Of a stretch of DNA of 64,000 bases, positions 26,756 to 38,434 are shown in pieces. The translations under genes were made by a program, and so were the position numbers. The first letter of the stretch is position 1, and the number at the start of each line of letters is the position of its first letter. Under the pieces are notes generated by a model that saw nothing but the letters and a program-made list of their open reading frames with translations, searched no databases and was not told the origin of the DNA. The stretch is from Bugula neritina (Eukaryota; Animalia; Bryozoa), in the NCBI GenBank assembly GCA_964035545.1, contig OZ037770.1, forward strand, positions 1 to 64,000. Direction: 5' to 3'.

Positions 26756-29700
26756 TGTGACCAGTCGCGACAAAACCGGGGATGTGGCGGCGTTTATAAA
26801 GTGTAGTAAATGAAGGTTTAATTTGGAAATACTTAAATTTGAAATTAATTTCCAATTTTTAGATTTTGAACTTTTCTAATACAAAAGAATCCAAGGATTT
26901 CAAAAATCATACTTTTGTAAGCATTTGATGATTCCTTCAGCTCTAAAATTGCATTTAAAGTTGGTAACTAAGGCTTTCAATTTTTTAAATGATGAAACAA
27001 TTGCGAAGTTATCAATTAAAGAAAGAAGACAATTTTAGTCATTTTCATAGCGTGGGATCTTTCAAATTTATTTTTCATCAAATAAATTTTGCTTACACCT
27101 ACTTCTTCGTATTGTCAGAAGCATCATATTTAAAATCGAAGGCTAGTTTTAGTTTTCCATCGTGTTCCATCCAAAGTTAGCTTTTAAGTTACTGAGCTGT
27201 TTTGCCCTTTGGTGATAAATGCTGAACTTAATCTTTATCTTTAGCGTTCAAGCTTGAAAACCACAACAATACAGGTAATTATACTCAAAACAATCATTTA
27301 CGTTACTAACTTAGAATTGTTGCCAGGATTATTTGTAGTTATCAATTTATTAATAATAATATTTAATTTTATACTATCACTAGGACTAGGGGTATGTCTT
27401 AGAGTTAGTCTATTCTATTCTATACTACTACTAGTAACTATTTAAATGACTCTCACTATGACTCATAGTTTGAGGTACGGTTACTCATAATGATAATCAT
27501 AATGAATATTATTCATGTTTTACTGATACTGGTATTTGGTAGTAAAACCAAATGTAGCTCAATAAATTTTTAATATTAATACTAATACTAATAGTATAAC
27601 TATTACTATAACTATAAGTAATTATTAATTATAAATTCACTATTAGTATTACTATTACTATTAGTATTACTGTATTAGTATTTGAGTCTGACTCTGAGTT
27701 TTGCCTTTGCTCTTAAAACTTGATACTCATACTGATAGTATTATATTTATTGATTTATTCTATAGTTAATATTTCAATTTACATTAGACTTACTCTTAGT
27801 CTTAGTAATTTTCAGCCTCTGTTTTAGATTTTGTCAATACAGATACTGATTACTTTTACTATTAGTATTAATATTAGGCCTACTAATACTAGTCAAACTA
27901 CCGGTTCCTTTTGTGATTTTTAAATTAGCTCAAAGTTTGATTTAAAATATAATGATACAATCTTTATCACATTATGCAGGCTTACAGTTAGTGTCACTGT
28001 CAAAACTCAATTGATAATCATATTCATAGTGATAAAAGCATCACCTATAACCAAATTGAAATGATAAATGTGACTAAATGTAAATGAGTATAATGATGAA
28101 ATATTAATGCGAGTTCATGATGATTCTATAGTTGACTGACTTAGTTTTTCAGTGAGTTACTTTTAGTCTTATTTAGTGAGTAGTAACACTAACTGAATGC
28201 ATAAATAGTCTAAACTTTTTAATTTTATTATAACATGAGCTAAAAATTTATTCATTTTTTAAAGTAATTTATTGAATTCAAATTGATTTTATAGTAAATG
28301 TCTTTAATAGATTCAGTTGCACTTAGCTAGCTTTTTTACTCAATTAAATGCCTGAGTTTTTAATAGTTATCTAAAGACATTGCTTCAAAATTGCCAATTG
28401 CAGATATGCTAGATATTCAAGTGCATAATGTGTAATTTTACTGATAATACTATGTTAATATAGAATAATCTGATATTCTGTACATTTTAGAAAGTGGACT
28501 TGTGAGGGCATTAGAGTGAAGACTTATACCTACACAACTCTACTACCTATCAATCTAATACTTCTAATGTAGACACTCTGAATTTTGGCTTGCAGGGTTA
28601 TGGCTTCTGCTTATTTCATTCATAAAAAGGTTTGTAGTCTTTTAATGATGTGCTTGAAAATTATCAATAATTTTTTTAATTTAAATTGTTCTGTTTAATT
28701 CAATAAATTTGAACGTTGATGAAATGCAGGATCACAATTAACTGCTGCCATAATAGTACCACAAGAGTGTTTAGCCAACTAATTTTTTATAATATAATTG
28801 GGTATAATTTTCTAATCAAGCTACCATTTCCTTTTGTTATTTAAAAAAAGTCAACATTGTACTTTCAGCTCTGGAATAGACAATAAGTGGGTAGATTGGC
28901 AGGATGGATGTCAAGTAGCAGCATCTATAATTGCTAGAAAATCAGCTGATGATAGTGATAAAGCTTTTGCCACATACATGATGTTATGTGTCCATACTCC
29001 GTAAACTCATGTTATGAAGACCAAGGAAGTAGAAAGATGATAAGTGCCTTCTTTGCAACAACCATAGAAGCTACCTAATTTTCTTTTCTTGATAAGAGTT
29101 AATTCAAGCATAATGGTTGTATCCAGCCTGGGTTTTTACTGCATTTAATTGGTTTTTTAAAATAATGTATTTGATGTTTTAAATGTGAATATTATTGCCT
29201 AATAAAACTCAAAAGTTCAAATAGCTGATTTTATGTTTATATTTTCAACATCTCAGCCAAATCAATTGCTAAATTTAGTTGCCGTTAGAGATTATAAAGA
29301 TATTTATGAATGAACCTCGCATGATCTCATAATAGTCAAATAATTTTTTAATAAGTGTTCTACTAATTAAGCAATAATTATGAAACAGCACAGCTCAATA
29401 GCTGCAGTTTGATATATTACACGATATATTAGAGGAAAGAGAGATATTCAATGTATAAGAGGAAGCAGCTGCCATTTTGTTTTATATTACTTCCTGCTGA
29501 CTTGGATGCCTAATTTAAATATCTCAACACAAAAACTTGCTGAAACATCCTCTTCTTTGCTGGAATTGTTAAACCTTTCAACCATTAAACAAAGTAAAAA
29601 GCGAATCGACAAATAAATTAGACAAAAAGTTTGGTGGCCATATTTGACCTAATTTTATGTTGAGGCAGCATGAAATTTAGTTTAACAGAAAGCCCAAACT

Positions 29701-30015
29701 TTCACAATTATTTTGATACCAAATTTGTCACTATTTCTTTTATACAAAGACCCGTTGCTAAGGCTTATAAATTGTAAACAAATAATTCTCAACTTATTCT
29801 AGAGTTGCCAACTTTAAACGCGATTTTCTCGAAACAGTAATTTAGAAATTCTAAAAACGTTGAAGTTTTTAAATACTGATATCTCGAGTTCTATTTATGC
29901 TAGAGACTTCAAATGAAGTGCAAAATGTTCGAAAAAGTCTGCTCTATCACTCTATAGTAATAACTAGATTTTCAACAATTTATATACATCTCTTGTTTTG
30001 TGGTGCCAGGTCACA
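26756..30015. mobile_element. 3.26 kb non-autonomous or decayed TIR DNA transposon, superfamily unassigned
   Basis: Imperfect 30-bp TIRs: TGTGACCAGTCGCGACAAAACCGGGGATGT vs rc TGTGACCTGGCACCACAAAACAAGAGATGT. Subterminal inverted motif (TTTAAAGTTGGTAACT at ~26954, AGTTGCCAACTTTAAA at ~29803). TA/AT flanks. Confidence 0.8.
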
Positions 30016-30204
30016 TATATTGACATCATACAGCCCAAAGTTATTCAATTTAATTATTATTATTTGAATTATCTTTAAAAAGTTCACACTTTTTTAGTCA
30101 TAAAACAATTATTAAATACTACATTGAGTGCTTTAAATATTTGTTTTTGTTTTGCAAATTTTTTCAAATTTCCTAAACTTGTTCATTAAATCAAAACATA
30201 TAAA

Positions 30205-32351
30205 AGACTACTGTAACTACACACTATTGTAACTACACACTACTGTAACTACACTACTGTAACTACACTATTGTAACTACACTATTGTAACTACACACTA
30301 CTGTAACTACACTACTGTAACTACACTATTGTAACTACACTATTGTAACTACACTACTGTAACTACACTACTGTAACTACACTACTGTAACTACACTACT
30401 GTAACTACACACTACTGTAACTACACTACTGTAACTACACTATTGTAACTACACTACTGTAACTACACTGCTGTAACTACACACTACTGTAACTACACTA
30501 CTGTAACTACACTGCTGTAACTACACACTACTGTAACTACACTACTGTAACTACACTATTGTAACTACACTACTGTAACTACACTGCTGTAACTACACTA
30601 CTGTAACTACACTACTGTAACTACACTACTGTAACTACACTATTGTAACTACACACTACTGTAACTACACTACTGTAACTACACTACTGTAACTACACTA
30701 CTGTAACTACACTACTGTAACTACACTATTGTAACTACACACTATTGTAACTACACTACTGTAACTACACTATTGTAACTACACTACTGTAACTACACTG
30801 CTGTAACTACACTACTGTAACTACACACTATTGTAACTACACTACTGTAACTACACACTACTGTAACTACACTACTGTAACTACACTACTGTAACTACAC
30901 ACTACTGTAACTACACTACTGTAACTACACTACTGTAACTACACTATTGTAACTACACTATTGTAACTACACTCCTGTAACTACACTGCTGTAACTACAC
31001 TGCTGTAACTACACACTATTGTAACTACACTACTGTAACTACACTGCTGTAACTACACTACTGTAACTACACACTACTGTAACTACACTACTGTAACTAC
31101 ACTATTGTAACTACACTACTGTAACTACACACTACTGTAACTACACTACTGTAACTACACTATTGTAACTACACTACTGTAACTACACTGCTGTAACTAC
31201 ACACTACTGTAACTACACTACTGTAACTACACTGCTGTAACTACACACTACTGTAACTACACTACTGTAACTACACTATTGTAACTACACTACTGTAACT
31301 ACACTGCTGTAACTACACTACTGTAACTACACTACTGTAACTACACTACTGTAACTACACTATTGTAACTACACACTATTGTAACTACACTACTGTAACT
31401 ACACTATTGTAACTACACTACTGTAACTACACTGCTGTAACTACACTACTGTAACTACACACTATTGTAACTACACTACTGTAACTACACACTACTGTAA
31501 CTACACTACTGTAACTACACTACTGTAACTACACACTACTGTAACTACACTACTGTAACTACACTACTGTAACTACACTATTGTAACTACACTATTGTAA
31601 CTACACTCCTGTAACTACACTGCTGTAACTACACTGCTGTAACTACACACTATTGTAACTACACTACTGTAACTACACTACTGTAACTACACTGCTGTAA
31701 CTACACACTACTGTAACTACACTGCTGTAACTACACTATTGTAACTACACTACTGTAACTACACTGCTGTAACTACACTACTGTAACTACACTACTGTAA
31801 CTACACTACTGTAACTACACTATTGTAACTACACACTACTGTAACTACACTACTGTAACTACACTACTGTAACTACACTACTGTAACTACACTACTGTAA
31901 CTACACTATTGTAACTACACACTATTGTAACTACACTACTGTAACTACACTATTGTAACTACACTACTGTAACTACACTACTGTAACTACACTGCTGTAA
32001 CTACACTACTGTAACTACACACTATTGTAACTACACTACTGTAACTACACACTACTGTAACTACACTACTGTAACTACACTGCTGTAACTACACACTACT
32101 GTAACTACACTACTGTAACTACACTACTGTAACTACACTATTGTAACTACACTATTGTAACTACACTCCTGTAACTACACTGCTGTAACTACACTGCTGT
32201 AACTACACACTATTGTAACTATACACTACTGTAACTACACTACTGTAACTACACTACTGTAACTACACTACTGTAACTACACTATTGTAACTACACTATT
32301 GTAACTACACTACTGTAACTACACTACTGTAACTACACACTACTGTAACTA
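30205..32351. repeat. 14/16-bp satellite (ACTACTGTAACTAC)n, ~2.1 kb, with higher-order blocks
   Basis: The rare variant ACTCCTGTAA recurs at ~30971, 31605 and 32165. Confidence 0.95.
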
Positions 32352-33513
32352 ATTTGGTATTCTACATGACCACCACATCACAGTTAGGTTGTATTCGCTG
32401 ATGGATTTATAATTGAAGACATAATATCATATAGCCTACAAAATGTACATAAATATTCATAACAATATTAAGGTGAAGACTTCAAGGGCTATGAGGTAGC
32501 TCTGATTGAATTTATTAATAATACAAGGCACTGCAAATTAATTGAAGACAAATGTGCACAATTTTTATATAAAACCAATTTCCGTGTTCAAACTACACTA
32601 AGAGCTAAAGTATTTCTGAATATGTCAAGTATACATAAATGTTGCTAGTAGGTACTGCTAAAAGATGGTTCTACTGTGAGACTGTACTTGATGAGATTAA
32701 GAAATGCTATTGGACGAGTTCAAAATGCCAATAAAAGTAAAGAAAACCAAGTTCTTACCACGTCTACATGCAACAGAGGCTAAGGGGCAGGTATACTGGG
32801 CAGATGTCTTTTCTTAAATTGAATAATGAAAAAAAACTGATAAATAATTCACAACTCAAGAAATGTGAAAGTGTTAGAATTTATACATTTGGAACCAAAA
32901 TGTTACTATCATATACATATAAATAGTAATAGCAGAGGAGATTAAAACTAGTGAAACAGTTACTACCTGGCCTACAGAGTTCATGACCAGCAGCGGCAGT
33001 GGGTTATACTAATTACCTGAGGCTAATGGCCATTAAGTTTATATATCAGCTCATATAAGATAAACTATTTCGAATATACTGAGGTTTGAGATGTCATGTA
33101 TAGCACCAAGTATCACAGAGTAGCACCAACTGTCACTTGAATAAAAAATTCTTATTAGCTATTGCCATAATCAATAAATCAATAGGTGTAACTGTAAGAT
33201 AAAAATTACATGTTGGCAATAATTATATTCTTTACTTTTAGATAATCATTTTGAGCTTCATATTCATATTCGTATTAACAGTCGACTTTGAACTTGAGTT
33301 TGTGATTCGGATTCACATACTCATACTGATACTGTGACTGAGAGTGATATTCATAGTGATGGTCATACTGTCATTGTGATTAAAATCTTAATTAATAAAT
33401 ATAATTTGTACTTGATACTAATAGTAATACTAATAGTATTAATAATACTGATTACTTTACAGCAGTTCCAGTCAATAATAAAAAACTTGTAATTGTAATC
33501 AATTATTATTTAC

Positions 33514-33740
33514 CTTGAAGTTGATATCGACGAAGAGCTTCAATGACTTCTGCACTCAGTTACTTATACCACATTGAGTTACTTTACCAACTTCAGTTAG
33601 TGCCGCTGAACAGCTAACGGATGACCTCGTTGCAACGCCTGCACCTAGTCGTCCGTAACTGATCACGTGCTTTTCTGTCACGCATGCAGTGCTCCGTCTG
33701 TAAAAAATAATATATTATAATTACATTATAGACCAATCGC
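33514..33740 (-). promoter_or_regulatory. Candidate promoter and first exon pointing toward the telomere
   Basis: CpG-enriched patch with CACGTG (33664) and CCAAT (33733); minus-strand donor CAAG|GTAAAT at 33514/33513. Confidence 0.35.
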
Positions 33741-33840
33741 CTACACGGAATAAAATAAAACCGCAATTCTCATCTTGGTATCAACTCACTTATTTCCATT
33801 CAAATAATTATAATAACTTTATTGTGTATTGTAAAATAAT

Positions 33841-33914
33841 TGCGCATACTGGGATTCAAACCACAGACCTCCACTCTTGCAAGCAGGCGCTCTAAGCCAA
33901 TTACACCATAGTCC
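33841..33914 (-). pseudogene. Degenerate tRNA-like sequence (Ala-TGC-like loop); tRNA pseudogene or SINE head
   Basis: Minus strand has A-box-like TGGTGTAATTGG, loop CTTGCAA and B-box-like GGTTTGAATCC; acceptor and anticodon stems pair poorly. Confidence 0.5.
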
Positions 33915-34140
33915 ACCACAGACTCTACATATATATTTATACTAAGCTGTGTACTGATTACTGAATGAGGTATACACTAATAGAAAACTCATTTTTCTAC
34001 ACTTCTCAATCTGTTCCACATTGTAATTTGAACTTGAAGCTATTCATTCATTCTGTTTGTATTTTGAAGAAGAGGTAACCAAGGAAAGGTGGCAAAGCTG
34101 TAAGAATTAAGATGCATTAGTTAAGCTGTGATGTAGAGCC

Positions 34141-34342
34141 ACACACTACATGTAACACATCATATACTACATGTAACACATCATATACTACATGTAACAC
34201 ATCATATACTACATGTAACACACCATATACTACATGTAACACACCATATACAACATGCAACACATCATATACTACATGAAACACAGATTGCATTATATCA
34301 TAGTAGATTGTATTATATCATAGTAGATTGTATTATGCAGAT
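34141..34342. repeat. 21-bp (ACACATCATATACTACATGTA) and 20-bp (AGATTGTATTATATCATAGT) minisatellites downstream of NAV
   Basis: Direct inspection. Confidence 0.85.
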
Positions 34343-34741
34343 TGTATTATATGATAGTAGATTCGTGTTGCATTGATGTTTTATTTTGAATAAAATATGT
34401 GTAAACATGAAAAATATAAAAACTGCAGAGAATAAAATTATAAAACTCAAACACACAATATCTAAATTATGAAAAATAACATGAATGCACATTTTCTGTC
34501 CATAAGATTTCTAATTCCAATGATTATTCTATAATTGTAGAGTATATTAGAAGATAAAATCTAAGATGTAACATTTGACACAAAAACTCTTGTGGCATAC
34601 AATATTGTACATAGATTAATGATTGAAAATAATTTTGATTACATAGCACTCAAATAATACTCTGTATATACTGTACAATTTATATAGTAAAGTAATTCAC
34701 TGGGTGAAGTCATATATATTATTATATGTAGCAGTCAATTG

Positions 34742-34915
34742 ACAGTATCCAATATGGCGCTGCTAAACAGTATCCAATATGGCGCTGCTAAACAGTATCC
34801 AATATGGCGCTGCTAAACAGTATCCAATATGGCGCTGCTAAACAGTATCCAATATGGCGCTGCTAAACAGTATCCAATATGGCGCTGCTACACAGTATCC
34901 AATATGGCGCTGCTA
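34742..34915. repeat. 25-bp minisatellite ACAGTATCCAATATGGCGCTGCTAA x7 overlapping the NAV stop codon
   Basis: Units start at 34742, 34767 ... 34892. Confidence 0.95.
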
Positions 34916-37900
34916 GTTGAGTCTACATTGTTGCTACTGTCTGTCTGAGTACTGCTGTAAGATGCCTCACGGAGTCGCAGTATCATATTGTAGAGAGGGT
35001 CACCAGGGTCTACGTCCCGGCTGCTACCCTCCTTACCACCGTCCTTGCCGCACGAGGAGGTCTGTTTGGCACTGAGGGGGGAGGTGCAGCTGGTCTGGTG
35101 TTTATCATAACCAACATCTTCAGCTCTCAAATGGATTAAATCAGCTGAATCGAGACACCACGGGTATGTCTGTATCAGCCAGTCTGTAGGATCCTCCCAC
35201 GCAGACTTCTGTCCATATTTCTACAAGACATTTCAACCAGATGTTAGTCCATCATTCAACTATATGCCAGTTCAGCATTCAACACGGAACTACATTAGCA
35301 TAAGGAAATGGTTCAATGAAATAGTGGTGGTTACCTGCAGCCCCTCCTTGATGGCCTCTTTCAAATACGGCACCAGTGAGAAGTTCCAGAGCTGAGTGAA
35401 CCACGTCTGACTGGAAGAGATGTCCATAGGACAGTCTAGGAACTGCCTCGGCCCGATAGTGTTGTCAGAGCTGTGGTGTGTCTCTATAAACTTATTCAGA
35501 TGCTGCCACACCTTCGGTATCCACTCTATGATCTGAGAAACACACCGAATTTAGACACAGTTGAGCTTACAGTACAGGTAATATAGTTGAGCTTACAGTA
35601 CAGGTAACACAGTTGAGCTTACAGTACAGGTAATATAGTTGAGCTTACAGTACAGGTAATACAGTAGAGCTTACAGTACAGGTAATACAGCTAAGCAGGT
35701 AACACAGTAGAGCTTACAGTACAGGTAACACAGTTAAGCAGGTAACACAGTTAAGCAGGTAACACAGTTAAGCAGGTAACACAGCTAAGCAGGTAACACA
35801 GTAGAGCAGGTAAAGTTGTTAGGTTAAACAGCAGAACTTACTTTTCCCAAGTCATTGTTGAGCGTGTTGTCGGAGACCTCGGATGACACAAGTTTTCTTC
35901 TCAAGTAGCGGCCGAGAAACCCCTTGACTGGCTCCATGTGGTTAGCGCAAAGAATCCACCGGAAGTTGTGGTGCAGCTGTAGGTTGGTTGTCGCGTTAGT
36001 GGTCTGGTTCATTGTGCCAATAATATAGGGACTGTAATATGAGAGAGTATACAGGGGGTGAGATACAGTGTAATATAAGGAGTGTAGAGAGAGTATACAG
36101 GGGGTGAGATACAGTATAATATAAGGAGTGTAGAGAGTATACAGGGGGTGAGATACAGTGTAATATAAGGAGTGTAGAGAGTATACAGGGGGTAAGATAC
36201 AGTGTAATACAAGGAGTGTAGAGAGTATACAGGGGGTAAGATACAGTGTAATATAAGGAGTGTAGAGAGTATACAGGGGGTAAGATACAGTATAATATAA
36301 GGAGTGTAGAGAGAGTATACAGGGGGTAAGATACAGTGTAATACAAGGAGTGTAGAGAGAGTATACACAGGGTTGTTTAACTGACCACTTAGCTGACTTG
36401 TGACTGAGGAAGCCTGAGAAGACGTCCCCCAAACTTGACACGTGGTGGAGATTGTCTAAGATGATGGCCGTAGGTAGGAGCTCCATGTCACTGCTCTCAC
36501 ACTGCTCCTGTATGGAACACAGGTATTCCCTCAGCTCGCTACTCGACTTGTGTTCTCCATCAAAAGTTGCAACACTTTGAGGCAGTCTCGGCTTACCAGA
36601 CCTATAACAGGTATAATAATAGTTATATATTACACAGGTATAATAATAGTTATATATTACACAGCTATAATAATAGTTATATATTACACAAGTATAATAA
36701 TAGTTATATATTACACAGGTATAATAATAGTTATATATCATACAGGTGTATATCATACAGGTGTATATCATACAGGTGTATATCATACAGGTGTATATCA
36801 TACAGGTATATATCACACAGGTATACGTCACACAGGTAAACATAGGTGTAATATGTTGAGACATACCGTGCAATGAGGTACGAGGCGAGGTGTTGTGCTA
36901 AGTGAGATTTCCCTGTACCTCTGGGACCAGAGAGTATAATTCTCCTATGTTCAGAGAGTAAACTAGCGTATCTCTGTATTATAGACTTTGGTATTCCAGT
37001 CTCAAATGCCAGAGTATCTACAGTGTTGTGTGTTGCTCCTATAACCAAACACAAATTATATATATTTCCTCAGAAACCAGAGATTTAGTACTGATTGTGA
37101 CTAATAGTGAGTGTGACTAGTACTGAGTGTGACTAGTAGTGAGTGTGACTAGTAGTGAGTGTGACTAGTACTGAGTGTGACTAGTAGTGAGTGTGACTAG
37201 TAGTGAGTGTGACTAGTACTGAGTGTGACTAGTAGTGAGTGTGACTAGTAGTGAGTGTGACTAGTAGTGAGTGTGACTAGTAGTGAGTGTGACTAGTAGT
37301 GAGTGTGACTAGTAGTGAGTGTGACTAATAGTGAGTGTGACTAATAGTGAGTGTGACTAGTAGTGAGTGTGACTAATAGTGAGTGTGACTAATAGTGAGT
37401 GTGACTAGTAGTGAGTGTGACTAGTAGTGAGTGTGACTAGTAGTGAGTGTGACTAGTAGTGAGTGTGACTAATAGTGAGTGTGACTAAGAGTGAGTGTGA
37501 CTAATAGTGAGTGTGACTAATAGTAAGTGTGACTAGTAGTGAGTGTGACTAATAGTGAGTGTGACTAATAGTGAGTGTGACTAGTAGTGAGTGTGACTAG
37601 TAGTGAGTGTGACTAATAGTGAGTGAAGGTACTAACCTTTGAGTACTATCTTAATGTTAGTTGTGTCCCCCACGAGATAGCCGTATGGTAGGAGTTCTGG
37701 ACACTCGCCATCCTTGGTACGGTAGACCTCACCTACGATGTAGGCGTATATGCTCTCAGAGGTAAGACCCAGGTTGGTGCTCTGGTCTATCCTAGACAAG
37801 TACTGCTTGAATGTCCTCTTCACTAGACTGTCCAACACGTCCCACTTTGTCTTCCCTGTCACTGAGATACTTCCTATCAGACAGCTGGGGTTCTACAGTA

Positions 37901-37948
37901 TGATATATTACAGTATAATAATATAGTACAGTGTAATAATATAACATC

Positions 37949-38007
<59 letters not shown>

Positions 38008-38228
38008 CAGTATGATATATGATAAATGTTGATAGTACTATTAGTTGCAGCAGCTCTAGTAAAGTCCTCTAGAAGTAGTAGTGGTAGTAGTAGTAGTACT
38101 AGTACTAGTAGTAGCAGTAGTACTACTAGTACTAGTAGTAGTAGTAGTACTAGTAGTAGCAGTAGTACTACTAGTAGTAGTAGTAGTAGTAGTAGTAGTA
38201 GCAGTACTACTAGTAGTAGTAGTAGTAC

Positions 38229-38266
<38 letters not shown>

Positions 38267-38372
38267 CTAGTACTAGTAGTAGCAGTAGTACTACTAGTAG
38301 TAGTAGTAGTAGTACTAGTAGTAGCAGTAGTACTACTAGTAGTAGTAGTAGTAGTAGTAGTAGCAGTACTAC

Positions 38373-38434
<62 letters not shown>

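Noticed and set aside
10294-27445. Short 60-99 aa ORFs across the subtelomere
   Set aside because: AT-rich, with no recognisable motifs, and disrupted in the paralogous copy where I could compare.
33841-33914. Functional tRNA-Ala gene
   Set aside because: Stems do not pair and the B-box is mutated; kept only as a pseudogene/SINE-head call.
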